64,000 nucleotides of DNA from a virus (taxonomy: Duplodnaviria > Caudoviricetes), in the IMG/VR virus record IMGVR_UViG_3300021431_004509, positions 32,001 to 96,000 of that record. One strand, given 5' to 3'. A program made the translations under genes and the position numbers. Below the pieces are notes generated by a model. That model had not been told where the DNA came from. It saw nothing but the letters and a program-made list of their open reading frames with translations, and did no database searches. How positions within the stretch are numbered: the stretch's first letter is position 1; each line of letters begins with the position of its first letter. Positions 41,165 to 50,183 of this stretch are shown here, one piece after another.

Positions 41165-41470
41165 TGCTGCAACGTATTACATCCTAACCAGATGTCCTCC
41201 TCGCTTTTAGTGGGAGGTTCGCCTTGATCCAGAAAAGACACCCGGTGGGAAAAGAGCTGAGCAGGACCTCCTCCGGATGAAGAACTCTCCAGACCAGTTG
41301 CAACCAGCAATAAATAAATTTATTACGGTGTAACCAGCTCGCGAGGGTGCAGATCAGCCATCCAAGAACCTGGAACGAGGGAAAAATAACTTCGACGACT
41401 CGCGGTACACGCTTCAGAGCCAAACGAGCACGTCGCCGAATGAAGACCAAAGCGCAACAAGGTTGCAGCA
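41165..41470 (+). ncRNA. Retron-like msr-msd ncRNA unit 2
   Basis: TGCTGCAAC/GTTGCAGCA stem, G41174, ACATC/GATGT and CCTCC-T-CGCT-TTT-AGTG-GGAGG hairpins. Confidence 0.8.
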
Positions 41471-41503
41471 AACATAGAACCATAATAAGGAGGAAAAGTA
41501 CAA

Positions 41504-42076
41504 ATGACACAGGCAGAATGGGAAAATCAGATCGAAGATTGGTATGACCTTCGATCCTGGTGTATCGACAACGGGTATTTTGAGGATGAAATGTATGATA
41601 TCCTCGACGACTATGAGCTGAACGACAGCGTCAGCGAGGATATCAATAACTTTGACGGCGACTGGATGTCGCTTCGTGACAACCTGGATGATATCAGTAC
41701 CGGGTATACCATCTACCGCCGCGACGGCTCCTTCGACTACGTTGGTCTCGGCGACAGAGACTTCCACGATAAGAAAGAGGAGGTTCTCGATTATCTCATC
41801 GAAATCGGGTACTTCGATCCTGAGGAAGAAGAGGCTCCCGAGGAAGACGACGAGGAAGTCGAACCGTTTGATCCGGAGCTGCCGGAGCCGGAACCTGCTG
41901 ACACGGAGGAAAGCGAATCGTGGACGATCGACTTTGACCTTGACACGATCTTTGCGATCGCAAGCGTCAATGTCGCCATTATGATGGACAGCCGCCCTGT
42001 CGAACCCGAACGTCAGCCGGTAGAGCCAGAGCCCGCAGACGATACCGACCTGTCTGAGCTCATCCCGCTGTTCTGA
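41504..42076 (+). CDS. Very acidic protein
   Basis: AGGAGG RBS; D/E-rich. Confidence 0.8.
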   Translation: MTQAEWENQIEDWYDLRSWCIDNGYFEDEMYDILDDYELNDSVSEDINNFDGDWMSLRDNLDDISTGYTIYRRDGSFDYVGLGDRDFHDKKEEVLDYLIEIGYFDPEEEEAPEEDDEEVEPFDPELPEPEPADTEESESWTIDFDLDTIFAIASVNVAIMMDSRPVEPERQPVEPEPADDTDLSELIPLF

Positions 42077-42095
42077 TTAAAACGGGAGGGAAACG

Positions 42096-42662
42096 ATGAG
42101 CTACTACGCATCCGGCAGCGGTTACATCAAGCTGAGAAGGCAGCCATTCGAGAAGGAATTTGAAAAGCTTAATGAGCTGATCGAAGAATACTTCTACTGC
42201 GACTATTTCGACAGCACACGGGAATTTTCCGTAACCTATGACGGGAACTACCACGGCGATGACGACTATCTGGAAATGCTCAATGAGGTCAACGCCGTGT
42301 GCAATGTTGAATCCGGGGAAATCGTGTTTAGTGGGGACGATGACTGCCATTGGAGATTTGTTTTCCTGAACGGGAAATGGGTCGAGGATCTCGGCCACGT
42401 CGTCTTCGACATGGATGAGGATCACATCTATCGGGACATCAAAACGCCGATCGGTGTGCTCCGGATCAAGACAGGCGAAGACGATCTTGCAGATTCTCCG
42501 GGAGTTTCCGTTAGTTTTGTCGGAAATGACGGTAGGGTATCCCTGTTGGCACGTACGGAATATGACTGTATCCTCCGGAAAATCGTAACGCGGTGCTATA
42601 CGCCGGACTCGCAGTCCATCCCCGTCCACACAACAACGCAGGTGATGAAACATGACTCGTGA
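42096..42662 (+). CDS. Hypothetical protein
   Basis: GGGAGG RBS. Confidence 0.7.
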   Translation: MSYYASGSGYIKLRRQPFEKEFEKLNELIEEYFYCDYFDSTREFSVTYDGNYHGDDDYLEMLNEVNAVCNVESGEIVFSGDDDCHWRFVFLNGKWVEDLGHVVFDMDEDHIYRDIKTPIGVLRIKTGEDDLADSPGVSVSFVGNDGRVSLLARTEYDCILRKIVTRCYTPDSQSIPVHTTTQVMKHDS

Positions 42663-42852
42663 CATTTCTTATTGTGCGACCGCAGACTGCCCGTACACCG
42701 ATTGTCTCCGCCATTTGAAACAGCTGGAGGGGGAGTCGTCCGGAACCATCATCTCCCTCTCCAATTTCGGCGGCATTTGCAGAAAGTACATTGCCCATCT
42801 CGTTGACGAGGCGTCCGATAGTGCAGAAGACCTGTACATGACAGACAATTAA
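42652..42852 (+). CDS. Small Cys-rich protein
   Basis: DISYC...CP...C.R. Confidence 0.55.
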   Translation: MTRDISYCATADCPYTDCLRHLKQLEGESSGTIISLSNFGGICRKYIAHLVDEASDSAEDLYMTDN

Positions 42853-42865
42853 GCCCGTATCATAG

Positions 42866-42956
42866 AATGTTTACATTGACAAGCCCCCGAAAAGCCCGTG
42901 TTTATGCGGGCTTTGGGGGTTTTTGATGAGCGCCTTATTATGGAAAGAAGTAGTAA
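42866..42956 (+). promoter_or_regulatory. 91-bp conserved element, copy B, upstream of tRNA-Thr
   Basis: Matches reverse complement of 20571-20661. Confidence 0.6.
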
Positions 42957-42968
42957 CGGCGCATTTAT

Positions 42969-43044
42969 GCTGGCGTAGCTCAGTTGGCAGAGCAGCTGAT
43001 TTGTAATCAGCAGGTCATGGGTTCGAGCCCCTTCGTCAGCTCCA
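42969..43044 (+). tRNA. tRNA-Thr(TGT)
   Basis: Cloverleaf, GCTGA-TTTGTAA-TCAGC, CCA. Confidence 0.95.
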
Positions 43045-43270
43045 AAAAAAAATACCAGCTGGGGGCGGAAATATGAAGTGGTTTTATGTAGTTGTAACGG
43101 CCGCGATGGTTTTTTCCGGTTTACTGATGGGGGTCCGCGGTTCCGTAAACGGGGACGAAACCCTGTCATATTTCGGAGAATACCTGATGGACGTCTTTGG
43201 CGTGCTTCTTATTGTCGTTCTTCTTGTCTGCGAAGCATTCCCGCAGTTGATATAGGAGGTTTGAACAGGA

Positions 43271-43573
43271 ATGAAGTATCAAAGCGGAGACGTCGTATAT
43301 GTGAGACCGGATTTGCGCACGGGCTACTGGTATCAGATGGAGGATGCAGACGCGCCTGCTGAGATTGCAACCGGTGAAATGCTTGCATTTGCTGGTCTTC
43401 CGATGACGATCGATCGAGTTAGGAGTTATGGCTACACACTGGAGGGAATCGACGATTTCAACTGGACAGATGAGATGTTCGACGAAGAGCGTATGAAAAC
43501 GGACTGGAGTGATGAATGGGACGGATCGACAACGGCAGATGAAATCATCGGTTTGATCTCAGGACACTTATAA
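43271..43573 (+). CDS. KOW/SH3-like WTDEMF-family protein
   Basis: GDVVYVRPDL...WTDEMF. Confidence 0.7.
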   Translation: MKYQSGDVVYVRPDLRTGYWYQMEDADAPAEIATGEMLAFAGLPMTIDRVRSYGYTLEGIDDFNWTDEMFDEERMKTDWSDEWDGSTTADEIIGLISGHL

Positions 43574-43580
43574 GCAACAT

Positions 43581-43666
43581 GGGGAGGTCGCCTAACGGTA
43601 GGGCAGCGGTCTTGAAAACCGTGAACCTGCAAGGGTTTCAGGGTTCGAATCCCTGTCTCCCCGCCA
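43581..43666 (+). tRNA. tRNA-Ser(TGA)
   Basis: Cloverleaf with long variable arm, GCCA end. Confidence 0.93.
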
Positions 43667-43792
43667 TGCCGGGATACCGGCAACTTCATTAACGCCGTAG
43701 ATCGAGGGCGGTGCATTGGTGCTTACGGTGGATAGGTTCGATTCCTTTACTGTCCGCGATTGTGACTTAATGAGGTAAACCGTTTTATATCT

Positions 43793-43868
43793 CTGGGTGT
43801 AGCTCAGCCGGAAGAGCGCCTGATTTGGGATCAGGAGGCCGTGAGTTCGAGTCTCGCCACTCAGACCA
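43793..43868 (+). tRNA. tRNA-Pro(TGG)
   Basis: CCTGA-TTTGGGA-TCAGG, CCA. Confidence 0.95.
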
Positions 43869-43881
43869 TCTCCGCATTTTC

Positions 43882-44234
43882 GCTGCAACGTATTACATCT
43901 CCAGCAGATGTCCTCCTCGCTTTTAGTGGGAGGTTCGCCTTGATCCAGAAAAGAAGGGCCCCGATCGACGGCCGTGGCCAATGGTACTTGCCCAGTTAAA
44001 CGCACTAGAACGAAACCGCGCGCCAACAGTAGCGCAACGCGGCAAACCAACGGGTGATCTGCCAGCCGAACCGGTTAACTAAGGGTGATCGAGGAACCAC
44101 CAGCAGACCGAAAAGCTGAAACAAGGTTTTTCAGGACAATCCGAGTCTCACCCGTAGTACAAGAAGCTGAAGTCAGTTCAACTGAGACTTGTACCTGGAT
44201 CTACTAACTAAGCATTGCAAAAGCTGGTTGCAGC
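43882..44234 (+). ncRNA. Retron-like msr-msd ncRNA unit 3
   Basis: GCTGCAAC/GTTGCAGC stem; first ~70 nt nearly identical to unit 2. Confidence 0.8.
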
Positions 44235-44262
44235 AAACCAAATTCAATTTACAGGAGGGAAT

Positions 44263-44889
44263 ATGAATCTCAAAGAAGCGTTTCGCTACCAGAACTTTCT
44301 GGACAAGATGATGTCAGAAGCGTGTGGAAGCATTACCAGCGGCGACCACTGCTTGAAGACGACTTACCGCCATCTCCGCAGCAAGGCATGCAAGGACGCG
44401 GTTGATGAGGATATCCCGCAGGAAGTCTCGGAATTCTTCTGCAACGATGAGGTGATCGGCTTCATGGGTTTCCTGATCGAACAGCGCAAGGCCCTCTCCG
44501 ATGCGATCGGAGTCGCTAAGGCTTCGATTGGATTTGACCTCGATTCTGCGCTCGAAGCAAACAAATTCCGGCAGCGGTATTGCAACGCGCTGAAGACCAT
44601 GCTCAACATAAAGGCGCGTAAAACCACCTCCAAGGGCAGCGACTACAAGTTCGATGTCAACGGTGTCCAGTCTCCGTACTACTATCCTTTGGAGGTTATC
44701 TGCGAAGAGGCATACAACAGGGAGGCTTCCAAAACGCTGATGCGTGAATGCCTCCTGGAGGCTGACGGGATCTCTGCGGCGATTGATGCTGCCCTGATCA
44801 ATACATCTGTTGCCTTCGATCCAGTCATCGACGTCAACGACAGTTTCGATGACGCAATGACATTCTTCATTGCAGAGTATTCCGCATAA
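44263..44889 (+). CDS. Helical hypothetical protein (MNLKEAFRYQN)
   Basis: AGGAGG RBS; flanked by two ncRNA candidates. Confidence 0.8.
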   Translation: MNLKEAFRYQNFLDKMMSEACGSITSGDHCLKTTYRHLRSKACKDAVDEDIPQEVSEFFCNDEVIGFMGFLIEQRKALSDAIGVAKASIGFDLDSALEANKFRQRYCNALKTMLNIKARKTTSKGSDYKFDVNGVQSPYYYPLEVICEEAYNREASKTLMRECLLEADGISAAIDAALINTSVAFDPVIDVNDSFDDAMTFFIAEYSA

Positions 44890-44905
44890 AAACAGAGAGC
44901 TTCGG

Positions 44906-45359
44906 CTCTCTGTTTTGGGCAGGGCTTTTGAAGCGATTGTTTTGTTTACCTCCAGACGGAGAGTTTCCGTCGCTGCTCAGCGATGCGCAGCTTTTCTTAT
45001 CTGGCGATGGTGCATTTGATGCTTGCCAAAGTCAGATCTGGATGATAACAGCCTGACTTGAAATCGGGGAAAAGACGAATATGGGTTTCGTTTCGTAGAT
45101 TGTGTGAATCATTCACCTTTCAGTGGTTCGCCAGGCGATAACCGCCGCATAAGACACCAAACCGATAGTTCGCCATTCCATCATCCGCGAGTACGCCAGT
45201 TGGCACATGACTCGTCAGCCGTCACGCTACGCAAGAAACGAGTGTGCTCAGCGGTTCGCCGCTTCTGTTATAAAAATTATTCTGAAAACTTCTATTGCCG
45301 CTTATGCGGTTTTTCTGTAAACAATTCATTCAAATCGGAGACCTGCCTGAAACAGAGAG
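44906..45359 (+). ncRNA. Large structured ncRNA candidate
   Basis: 18-bp closing helix and about ten internal stems; no credible ORF. Confidence 0.65.
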
Positions 45360-45385
45360 TCGAAACAGGATAAGGAGGTATTGTT

Positions 45386-45700
45386 TTGGTGGCGGTTCAT
45401 TATCCGGAATGGGCGTACGTCGGCGCCCGCGTTGTTCTGGAAAAAGATTATCCGGACAATAACAGAAGACTGGTATCGGGCGATACTGGAACAATCGTCG
45501 ATCGCAGCAGCATGAGCAGATTGCTGTATATAGAGTGGGATAAGGAATGTAGTGGACACGATTGCGGCGGAAAGGCAAAGCGTGGCCATGGCTGGAACGT
45601 GGATTGCGATGAAGTCGGTCCTGAAATCTTATTCTGCGACGAGGAAATCGAGTACGAGCCGACCAGCCTGGACGATCTGCTCTCATTCCTGTCCACATAA
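45386..45700 (+). CDS. SH3-like HDCxG-family protein
   Basis: Paralog of 55811-56176. Confidence 0.65.
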   Translation: MVAVHYPEWAYVGARVVLEKDYPDNNRRLVSGDTGTIVDRSSMSRLLYIEWDKECSGHDCGGKAKRGHGWNVDCDEVGPEILFCDEEIEYEPTSLDDLLSFLST

Positions 45701-45706
45701 GCCAAC

Positions 45707-45783
45707 GCGGGTATGGTGTTCAACGGCCAGCATGCCGGCCTTCCAAGCCGGAGGTGGGGGTTCGAATCCCCTTGCTCGCTCCA
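45707..45783 (+). tRNA. tRNA-Gly(TCC)
   Basis: CCGGC-CTTCCAA-GCCGG, TCCA. Confidence 0.93.
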
Positions 45784-45869
45784 TAGGTGCAATGCGACTT
45801 AACAGCAGAGGTGGGCGCGTTACGGTATGAATCCGATTCAGGCGTATGACAAACAAGATCCCACCGCGT

Positions 45870-45944
45870 GCCGGTATGGTGTCAGTGGCAGCACGCCAGT
45901 TTCCCAAACTGGAAGGGCGGGTTCAAATCCCGTTGCTGGCTCCA
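45870..45944 (+). tRNA. tRNA-Gly(CCC)
   Basis: CCAGT-TTCCCAA-ACTGG, TCCA. Confidence 0.92.
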
Positions 45945-46116
45945 CAGGCGGGTGCTTGACATTCTGCCGCGACGAGGAAACAGATGACGGGATCGGCTTC
46001 CGTACATCTGCGGAGTCCGCCGAGGGTTTGGACAGTCCCCACAGGCCGATGTAGGAGAAACCGAAAGAAAATGTCCGCTGCAACCCGGTGCATGCGACGT
46101 GCCGGGTTGTGTTTAT

Positions 46117-46193
46117 GGAGACGTAGTGTAAATACGGCAACACACCGGACTTTGACTCCGACATAGTGGGTTCGAATCCCGCCGTCTCTGCCA
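46117..46193 (+). tRNA. tRNA-Gln(TTG)
   Basis: CGGA-CTTTGAC-TCCG, GCCA. Confidence 0.92.
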
Positions 46194-46195
46194 AC

Positions 46196-46272
46196 GGCGC
46201 CATAGTGGAATTGGTGAACACGCCAGCCTTTCAAGCTGGAGATTCCGGGTTCAATCCCCGGTGGCGTCACCA
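46196..46272 (+). tRNA. tRNA-Glu(TTC)
   Basis: CCAGC-CTTTCAA-GCTGG, ACCA. Confidence 0.93.
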
Positions 46273-46275
46273 AAC

Positions 46276-46352
46276 GAGCCCTTAGCTCAGTCGGTCAGAG
46301 CGTCTGACTCATAATCAGAGGGTCCAGGGTTCAAGTCCCTGAGGGCTCACCA
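46276..46352 (+). tRNA. tRNA-CAT (Ile2 or elongator Met)
   Basis: TCTGA-CTCATAA-TCAGA; paired 1-72, so not initiator. Confidence 0.92.
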
Positions 46353-46692
46353 AAAATGAAACGAATATTTGATAGGAGCGGAAAAGATGATTACTCTTTC
46401 CGAAGCGTTCAAACTCTGCGGAATCAAGGAAGAACCGATTTATCTCCGTCATGTGGAGGAATCCAATTCAGTGTGGTGGAGTGGACATTACTTCTGGTCA
46501 AAGAAAATCCGCGACAAGATGGACATGCGGAAAATCCGTGTGGTAAAGATCGAACCGGCTTTTGAACACTTCGGGTCTGATTTCATCGGCTGGCGCTTTA
46601 TTGTCGCCGGCATCACGCCGGAAGAATTGACGAGAATCGAATACAAATAAGGGTGACATGAAATGCAGATTTGACGCGAAGGAGGTAGCATC

Positions 46693-47040
46693 TTGGCATT
46701 TTTCAAACGCGGCGACATTGTGACGGTCCGTGATGACTTGGACACAGAAAAACGGTATAAGTCCGACGGCGATGCACCGGGGAACGACAGGTGTTCCGTT
46801 GCATATGACATGATGAAGTACGCCGGTAAGCAGATGACGATCGCAGAAGTGCAGGAAATTGCTAACTTCCGCGGGCCAAAGACAAGATACCACCTCACTG
46901 AAGATAACGGTGCATGGGTCTGGACGGATGAGATGTTCAGCGAATACCTTGACGGCTACCAAGTTATCTTCCCGGATGATACGGAATATGAGGCGCCTTC
47001 CCGCGAAGAGCTCTCTGCTCTTTTCGGGGCGCTTTGGTAA
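46693..47040 (+). CDS. KOW/SH3-like WTDEMF-family protein
   Basis: GDIVTVRDDL...WTDEMF. Confidence 0.75.
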   Translation: MAFFKRGDIVTVRDDLDTEKRYKSDGDAPGNDRCSVAYDMMKYAGKQMTIAEVQEIANFRGPKTRYHLTEDNGAWVWTDEMFSEYLDGYQVIFPDDTEYEAPSREELSALFGALW

Positions 47041-47070
47041 TACGGTTTTATAAGGAACGGGGGTATTTCT

Positions 47071-47388
47071 TTGCCGTTTTTCAAAGTCGGCGATACGGTC
47101 ACTATCCGTGATGACCTCGATATAAGCGAAGTATATAAGTCAGATGGCGAGGCCGTGGCGAGCTGCCGTGTTGTAAATGCAATGCGCGTACACGCCGGCG
47201 AAAAGCATCAGATTGTCGCAGTTTATAACGGTCCTAAGGCATGGCGATATCAACTGTCCGAATGCGGAGGCTGGAGCTGGACAGATGAAATGTTTGTTGA
47301 ATACCTTGACCGGTACGACTTGCTCGACGACGAAATGGAACCCGGCGCGCCGTCAGAAGAAGAGATCCTTGCGCTGCTTGGTATTTGA
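47071..47388 (+). CDS. KOW/SH3-like WTDEMF-family protein
   Basis: GDTVTIRDDL...WTDEMF. Confidence 0.75.
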   Translation: MPFFKVGDTVTIRDDLDISEVYKSDGEAVASCRVVNAMRVHAGEKHQIVAVYNGPKAWRYQLSECGGWSWTDEMFVEYLDRYDLLDDEMEPGAPSEEEILALLGI

Positions 47389-47942
47389 GGAGGAAAACGA
47401 TGAATAAAACGCCTGTATACGTTGTGTCCAGTATGAGAGATTACGGCGGCTGTGAGATCTACTTCAACGCCGATGGGATTTTTGCCAGTAAGGAAGAGGC
47501 GGAGGCGTACATTAAGCGGGACGCGGCGGAAATCCTTGCAGAGTATGAGGATTCTCTGGTGGTGCTGGAAAAGGCGCCGCATGATATCGCAGATGAGATC
47601 GACTACCTCATCAGTACGGATGAATACACATTCAACTGGCGGATCGACACGTTCTATACAGACAAGTTTTCCATTTGCGACAAACAGGCATGAAACGAAT
47701 TTGAAAGGAGATATGAGGATGAAATACTGCGTAACGATTGTTCGGACGGGCTGTGTTTTCGTAGAGGCGGGAAGTGAGGCCGAAGCTATGGATATTGCTG
47801 ACCACCAGACCACTGATACTGTGAATTGGTCTGACGATTGGGAAGCAACGTACGCGGAAGAAGACGATAGTTTCCCTGACAACATGTATATCTCCGAAAA
47901 AGCGTTTGAATAAAACATTGAGTACTGAAATGGGGTGACGCT

Positions 47943-48371
47943 TTGTATCGCTTTTTCTGTGTTCTTTACAATATCTTTGTAATCCTTGCGATCGTAGCCG
48001 CTGCTGTTGCGTTGATCTGGGGCGTCTGCTACGCCATCGACTCGCACGGCAAGCAAAAGATCACCTTCCGTGCATTCCGCAGCCTCTATGCGGTAGCTCC
48101 AGACCGGTGGAGACTCTGGGCATACGAAAGTGTGTGTGAGAACCCGGGATACTACAGGCGGGGAGGGTATTTTAACGATACAATCTACATGAAAACCTTC
48201 ATCGACCACCTGCGCTACCTGCTGTTTGCACACAAAGCGCTTCGTATAGAAAGAAAACAGAATTTTACGCAGGAATTTGAAAAAATTGCCGCAAGCTGGC
48301 AGACAGATATCGATTCCTATCGCAGCGACGCGGCGAAGGAACTTCGCATTATGCAGGAAAAACTGAGATAA
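47943..48371 (+). CDS. Membrane-anchored protein
   Basis: N-terminal hydrophobic helix. Confidence 0.6.
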   Translation: MYRFFCVLYNIFVILAIVAAAVALIWGVCYAIDSHGKQKITFRAFRSLYAVAPDRWRLWAYESVCENPGYYRRGGYFNDTIYMKTFIDHLRYLLFAHKALRIERKQNFTQEFEKIAASWQTDIDSYRSDAAKELRIMQEKLR

Positions 48372-48662
48372 GGAGCGAGTAGGTTCTATGATCATACAAA
48401 CTCACGAAATCGAAATGTACGACGATATTCTGGAATCTCTCCCGCACCATCCGGAAGATAAGGCGCCTGGTGCTGAGTGGCATGGATTCTGGGTAAACGG
48501 CAACGATGAGATCATGTGCCGCGACCAGGAGACGGCGAACGTCCTCGCAGACTTCTTTGAGGACTGCGGTGTCGGTCTTATGCACACCTTCCATTACGAC
48601 GATGAGGAATCTGACGGCCTCAACCTTGGATGGTGGGCGGTCTACGTAGATGGCCAGTAACG

Positions 48663-49397
48663 ATGCGGATTCTTGATAAGAACACGGATTTTTACGACTT
48701 CTGGCAGGGAGTCTACTACGATCCGACCATCACCTTTGACCGCACGGATTCCTTCCTGCTGACAAAGGAGCTCATGTGCGAGCACCTTTATAACTGCAGG
48801 TGCCGGCATCGCCGCCGTATGGGTGAGTGGCTGCAGGATTTCCTGCTGCTTCAGATCGGACATGCGTTCTGGCTCTTTCTTGTCGATGTCACAGAGGAAA
48901 CTGTTCAGGATCGCCCGACAGATTACGCCATTGAGCTGGTCACGGCATGGAAAAACTATGACAGCCCACGCAAACTGATCGCGCTTGACATCATAGACTT
49001 CGGATATGAGATCCAAAAGCTGCTGTGGGGCAGAAAGTGGGTCAGCGGGAAATTTGAATTGGATAAGGTCATCAGCAGAGCGCCCGACCTCATTCAAGCG
49101 ATCAACACCGGGAATTTCCGAGTCCTTGACAGTATCGACAGCTATAAGATCTACCATGGGGATTTCTACGGCGGGAAAGGCACAGTCGTAGAGAAACACA
49201 TCCCGCTGCTGAAAGCCTGCGGAATTTCGGCCTGTGTTGACCCTCTGGAAATCTACCTGGCTTTCGAAGAATACTTCTCGCTCGAAAAGACTCGGACTGA
49301 GAGAACAGAATCCGTCGGCCTGACGGATAAAGAAAAGGTAAGCAACCACGGTTTCGACGTGAAGACGTCGTTTCGCGGGCAAGTAAAAATTAATTAA
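48663..49397 (+). CDS. Hypothetical phage protein
   Basis: D.YD N-terminus, HGFD..TSFR C-terminus. Confidence 0.7.
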   Translation: MRILDKNTDFYDFWQGVYYDPTITFDRTDSFLLTKELMCEHLYNCRCRHRRRMGEWLQDFLLLQIGHAFWLFLVDVTEETVQDRPTDYAIELVTAWKNYDSPRKLIALDIIDFGYEIQKLLWGRKWVSGKFELDKVISRAPDLIQAINTGNFRVLDSIDSYKIYHGDFYGGKGTVVEKHIPLLKACGISACVDPLEIYLAFEEYFSLEKTRTERTESVGLTDKEKVSNHGFDVKTSFRGQVKIN

Positions 49398-49415
49398 ATA
49401 GGGGAGATTTAATAA

Positions 49416-49850
49416 ATGAAAAGAGCAAAGAAACTTATCGCGTCGATCCTTATCCTTGCTTTATGCGCTGTGTTTCTCATCGGTTGCGAGGGCTTTCGCG
49501 AAAGCGATAGAGTTGGGTACAACATTTCCAAAGAGGCGGACAATTTCAATGTGATGCGTCGCCTTACGGTATTTAATATCCGTACCGATACAGTGTTAAT
49601 GCAGATGACAGGCAGGTTTGCTCTGAAGAACGAGGGGCATGATGAGCTTTCCATCATTGTTGAAGTGGAAAAGGGTACATATCAGAAACATTTCGTGTAC
49701 CTGAATGAGTATACGATGTACACGGTAGAAGATTTATCAGGTGCAAATGTAACGCCGTATGCGTACGAGCTTGAATTTCTTCCTCAGGCACTGGCCCCTG
49801 TTAAGATCACGGCAAACGAGCTTCGTGAAGATTTGATCGAGAATAGTTAA
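49416..49850 (+). CDS. Phage lipoprotein
   Basis: Signal peptide with lipobox LIGC. Confidence 0.75.
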   Translation: MKRAKKLIASILILALCAVFLIGCEGFRESDRVGYNISKEADNFNVMRRLTVFNIRTDTVLMQMTGRFALKNEGHDELSIIVEVEKGTYQKHFVYLNEYTMYTVEDLSGANVTPYAYELEFLPQALAPVKITANELREDLIENS

Positions 49851-49868
49851 AAGAAAGGAGCCTTCGGG

Positions 49869-50183
49869 ATGACGATCACCAGAACCGTAGGCGGCGAGCA
49901 GCTTTCGTTTGAGCTGACGGAATCCGAGCTCGTCAACGCCTTCTTTGAACAGCAGTTTAAGTTCGACAAGCAGGATGTTATGGACAGCATCTACGGATAT
50001 GAGGACGACGATGTTCTCGGCGTATACGGTATCACCATTAAAGAATACACAAAGCTCTCCGGCGACATCGCAGCGGAGATGCGGCGGAACCTGGACAGGT
50101 ACGATATGGATTTCAGCTCCGCAAGAGACGAAGCCGTGCGCGACGTTGTTCAGAAGTACAAGAGGGAAAAGAATGCTGGTTGA
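49869..50183 (+). CDS. Hypothetical protein
   Basis: AGGAG RBS. Confidence 0.65.
   Translation: MTITRTVGGEQLSFELTESELVNAFFEQQFKFDKQDVMDSIYGYEDDDVLGVYGITIKEYTKLSGDIAAEMRRNLDRYDMDFSSARDEAVRDVVQKYKREKNAG

Noticed and set aside
39445-41500. Group II intron
   Set aside because: No maturase/endonuclease domain, no domain V motif seen, no interrupted gene
39651-41510. Minus-strand ORFs spanning units 1 and 2 (hidden cDNA-encoded genes)
   Set aside because: All three minus frames of unit 3 contain stops; the T-poor plus strand makes antisense stops rare; no RBS
39984-44234. RT plus repeats as a diversity-generating retroelement
   Set aside because: The repeats are intergenic, differences are not adenine-specific, no copy sits in a gene 3' end, and the RT motifs are retron-like
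46040-46080. Hammerhead ribozyme
   Set aside because: CCGATGTA...GAAA deviates from the CUGANGA core and I could not build stems I and III
46077-46112. Fifth retron-like unit starting GCTGCAAC
   Set aside because: Closes as a local hairpin and lacks the G and the CTCC-TCGCT-AGTG-GGAG hairpin
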